Positions 60,418-64,000 of a stretch of 64,000 nucleotides of DNA are shown here, piece after piece. The stretch spans positions 434,001-498,000 of the forward strand of contig JBEUKZ010000054.1 in the NCBI GenBank assembly GCA_048128005.1, read 5' to 3'. The stretch is from Veleropilina oligotropha. Taxonomy: Eukaryota. Each line of letters opens with the position of its first letter. The first letter of the stretch is position 1. The position numbers and the translations under genes are program-made. The notes under the pieces were generated by a model. That model saw only the letters and a program-made list of their open reading frames with translations. It did no database searches and was not told the DNA's origin.

Positions 60418-63400
60418 GAGAGAATAGATGGTGATGATGCTGAAAGAGGGAATATATGGTGATGATGCTGAAAGAGGGATTAGATGCTGATGATGCTGAA
60501 AGAGAGAATAGATGGTGATGATGCTGAAAGAGGGAATAGATGGTGATGATGCTGAAAGAGAGAATAGATGCTGATGATGCTGAAAGAGAGAATAGATGGT
60601 GATGATGCTGTAAGAGGGAATAGATGGTGATGATTCTGAAAGAGGGAATAGATGGTGATGATGCTGAAAGAGAGAATAGATGGTGATGATGCTGAAAGAG
60701 GGAATAGATGGTGATGCTGAAAGAGGGAATAGATGGTGATGATGCTGAAAGAGAGAATAGATGGTGATGATGCTGAAAGAGGGGATAGATGGTGATGATG
60801 CTGAAAGAGAGAATAGACGCTGATGATGCTGAAAGAGGGAATAGATGGTGATGATGCTGAAAGAGGGAATAGATGGTGGTGATGCTGAAAGAGGGAATAG
60901 ATGGTGATGATGCTGAAAGAGGGAATAGATGGTGATGATGCTGAAAGAGAGAATAGATGGTGATGATGCTGAACGAGGGAATAGATGGTGATGATGCTGA
61001 AAGAGGGAATAGATGGTGATGATGCTGAAAGAGGGAATAGATGGTGGTGATGCTGAAAGAGGGAATAGATGGTGATGATGCTGAAAGAGGGAATAGATGG
61101 TGATGATGCTGAAAGAGGAAATAGATGGTGATGATGCTGAATGAGGGAATAGATGGTGATGATGCTGAAAGAGGGAATAGATGGTGATGATGCTGAAAGA
61201 GGGAATAGATGGTGATGATGCTGAAAGAGGGAATAGGTGGTGATGATGCTGAAAGAGGGAATAGATGGTGATGATGCTGAAAGAGAGAATAGATGGTGAT
61301 GATGCTGAAAGAGGGAATAGGTGGTGATGATGCTGAAAGAGGGAATAGGTGGTGATGATGCTGAAAGAGGGAATAGATGGTGATGATGCTGAAAGAGGGA
61401 ATAGATGGCGATGATGCTGAAAGAGAGAATAGATGGTGATGATGCTGAAAGAGGGAATAGATGGTGATGATGCTGAAAGAGAGAATAGATGGTGATGATG
61501 CTGAAAGAGGGAATAGATGGTGATGATGCTGAAAGAGAGAATAGACGCTGATGATGCTGAAAGAGGGAATAGATGGTGATGATGCTGAAAGAGGGAATAG
61601 ATGGTGATGATGCTGAAAGAGGGAATAGATGGTGATGATGCTGAAAGAGGGAATAGATGGTGATGATGCTGAAAGAGGAAATAGATGGTGATGATGCTGA
61701 AAGAGGAAATAGATGGTGATGATGCTGAAAGAGGGAATAGATGGTGATGATGCTGAAAGAGGGAATAGATGCTGATGCTGAAAGAGGGAATAGATGGTGA
61801 TGATGCTGAAAGAGGGAATAGATGCTGATGATGCTGAAAGAGGGAATAGATGGTGATGATGCTGAAAGAGGGAATAGGTGGTGATGATGCTGAAAGAGGG
61901 AATAGGTGGTGATGATGATGAAAGAGGGAATAGGTGGTGATGATGCTGAAAGAGGGAATAGGTGGTGATGATGATGAAAGAGGGAATAGGTGGTGATGAT
62001 GCTGAAAGAGGGAATAGATGGTGATGATGCTGAAAGAGGGAATAGATGGTGATGATGCTGAAAGAGGGAATAGATGGTGATGATGCTGAAAGAGGGAATA
62101 GATGGTGATGATGCTGAAAGAGGGAATAGATGGTGATGATGCTGAAAGAGGGAATAGATGGTGATGATGCTGAAAGAGGGAATAGATGGTGATGATGATG
62201 AAAGAGGGAATAGATGGTGATGATGCTGAAAGAGGGAATAGATGGTGATGATGCTGAAAGAGGGAATAGATGGTGATGATGCTGAAAGAGGGAATAGGTG
62301 GTGATGATGCTGAAAGAGGGAATAGATGGTGATGATGCTGAAAGAGGGAATAGATGGTGATGATGCTGAAAGAGGGAATAGATGGTGATGATGCTGAAAG
62401 AGGGAATAGATGGTGATGATGCTGAAAGGGAGAATAGATGCTGATGATGCTGAAAGAGGGAATAGATGGTGATGATGCTGAAAGAGGGAATAGATGCTGG
62501 TGATGCTGAAAGAGAGAATAGATGGTGATGATGCTGAAAGAGGGAATAGATGGTGATGATGCTGAAAGAGGGAATAGATGGTGATGATGCTGAAAGAGGG
62601 AATAGATGGTGATGATGCTGAAAGAGAGAATAGATGGTGATGATGCTGAAAGAGGGAATAGATGGTGATGATGCTGAAAGAGAGAATAGATGCTGGTGAT
62701 GCTGAAAGAGGGAATAGATGGTGATGATGCTGAAAGAGAGAATAGATGCTGGTGATGCTGAAACAGGGAAAAGATGGTGATGATGCTGAAAGAGGGAATA
62801 GATGGTGATGATGCTGAAAGAGAGAATAGAGGCTGATGATGCTGAAAGAGGGAATAGATGGTGATGATCCTGAAAGAGGGAATAGATGGTGATGATGATG
62901 AAAGAGTGAATAGATGCTGATGATGCTGAAAGAGGGAATAGATGGTGATGATGCTGAAAGAGGGAATAGATAGTGATGATGCTGAAAGAGAGAATAGATG
63001 GTGATGCTGAAAGAGGGAATAGATGGTGATGATGCTGAAAGAGGGAATAGATGGTGATGATAATAATAATGTGAAGATTTATCTGCGCTTTCCCACACAT
63101 ATGAAATGCATGCTCAAAGCGCTTACATTATTATTCCCCTGGTTATTGGCCTGTTCATTCAATATTCCTTCTCAACTCTCTCTGAGAGTATTACGGTCAA
63201 GTACATGCCTGTTAGGCGCTTGACCAGTCATTCTGACATATTCTGCCACTGCCAACCAGGTACCCATTTAGATCTGAGATCGGCTGGGCGATGCTGAAAG
63301 ATCGGCTGGGTGATGCTGAAAGAGGGAATAGATGGTGATGATGCTGAAAGAGGGAATAGATGGTGATGATGCTGAAAGAGAGAATATATGGTGATGATGC

Positions 63401-64000
63401 TGAAAGAGGGAATAGATAGTGATGATGCTGAAAGAGGGAATAGATGGTGATGATGCTGACAGAGGGAATAGATGGTGATGATGCTGAAAGAGGGAATAGA
63501 TGGTGATGATGATGAAAGAGGGAATAGATGGTGATGATGCTGAAAGAGGGAATAGATGCTGATGATGCTGAAAGAGGGAATAGATGGTGATGATGATGAA
63601 AGAGTGAATAGATGCTGATGATGCTGAAAGAGAGAATAGATGGTGATGATGCTGAAAGAGAGAATATATGGTGATGATGCTGAAAGAGGGAATAGATAGT
63701 GATGATGCTGAAAGAGAGAATAGATGGTGATGATGCTGACAGAGGGAACAGATGGTGGTGATGCTGAAAGAGAGAATAGATGGTGATGATGCTGAAAGAG
63801 GGAATAGATGGTGATGATGCTGAAAGAGAGAATAGATGGTGATGATGCTGAAAGAGGGAATAGATGGTGATGATGCTGACAGAGGGAACAGATGGTGGTG
63901 ATGATGCTGAAAGAGGGAATAGATGGTGATGATGATGAAAGAGGGAATAGATGGTGATGATGCTGAAAGAGGGAATAGATGGTGATGATGCTGACAGAGG
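60417..64000. repeat. 28-bp satellite block 3, about 120 units, interrupted by a SINE fragment and running off the window
   Basis: Same unit. Confidence 0.97.
63061..63290 (-). mobile_element. 3' SINE fragment inserted in the 28-bp satellite
   Basis: (TAA)n tail; homologous to 19150-19290 and 6275-6345. Confidence 0.7.

Noticed and set aside
60341..63100. 919-aa and 872-aa His/Ser-rich ORFs
   Set aside because: Artefacts of a 28-bp unit with no stop codon on that strand; several frames are open at once and the region is intronic

Overview
Animal (invertebrate, probably lophotrochozoan; inferred from the repeat types) genomic DNA. It holds the 3' 14 coding exons of a minus-strand IQCH (IQ motif-containing H) gene: about 715 codons, GT-AG introns with consistent phases, stop at 5508-5510, and the 5' exons beyond the window end. 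The introns contain: three DIRS1-group tyrosine-recombinase retrotransposons (one near-intact at 29390-36905, and a decayed related element duplicated in tandem at 43415-50663 and 53096-60417); five short elements with a terminal hairpin, one carrying a Crypton-like recombinase fragment; Helentron-type and Helitron non-autonomous elements; SINEs; an RTE LINE fragment; and four large tandem arrays. Most notable: (1) several tandem arrays are amplified copies of the gene's own splice junctions (about 280 copies of one acceptor, about 36 of another, plus donor echoes, one differing from the exon only by silent changes); (2) the hairpin elements reproduce in miniature the DIRS end architecture of terminal hairpin plus internal complementary region. 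All coordinates were read by eye; no searches were run.
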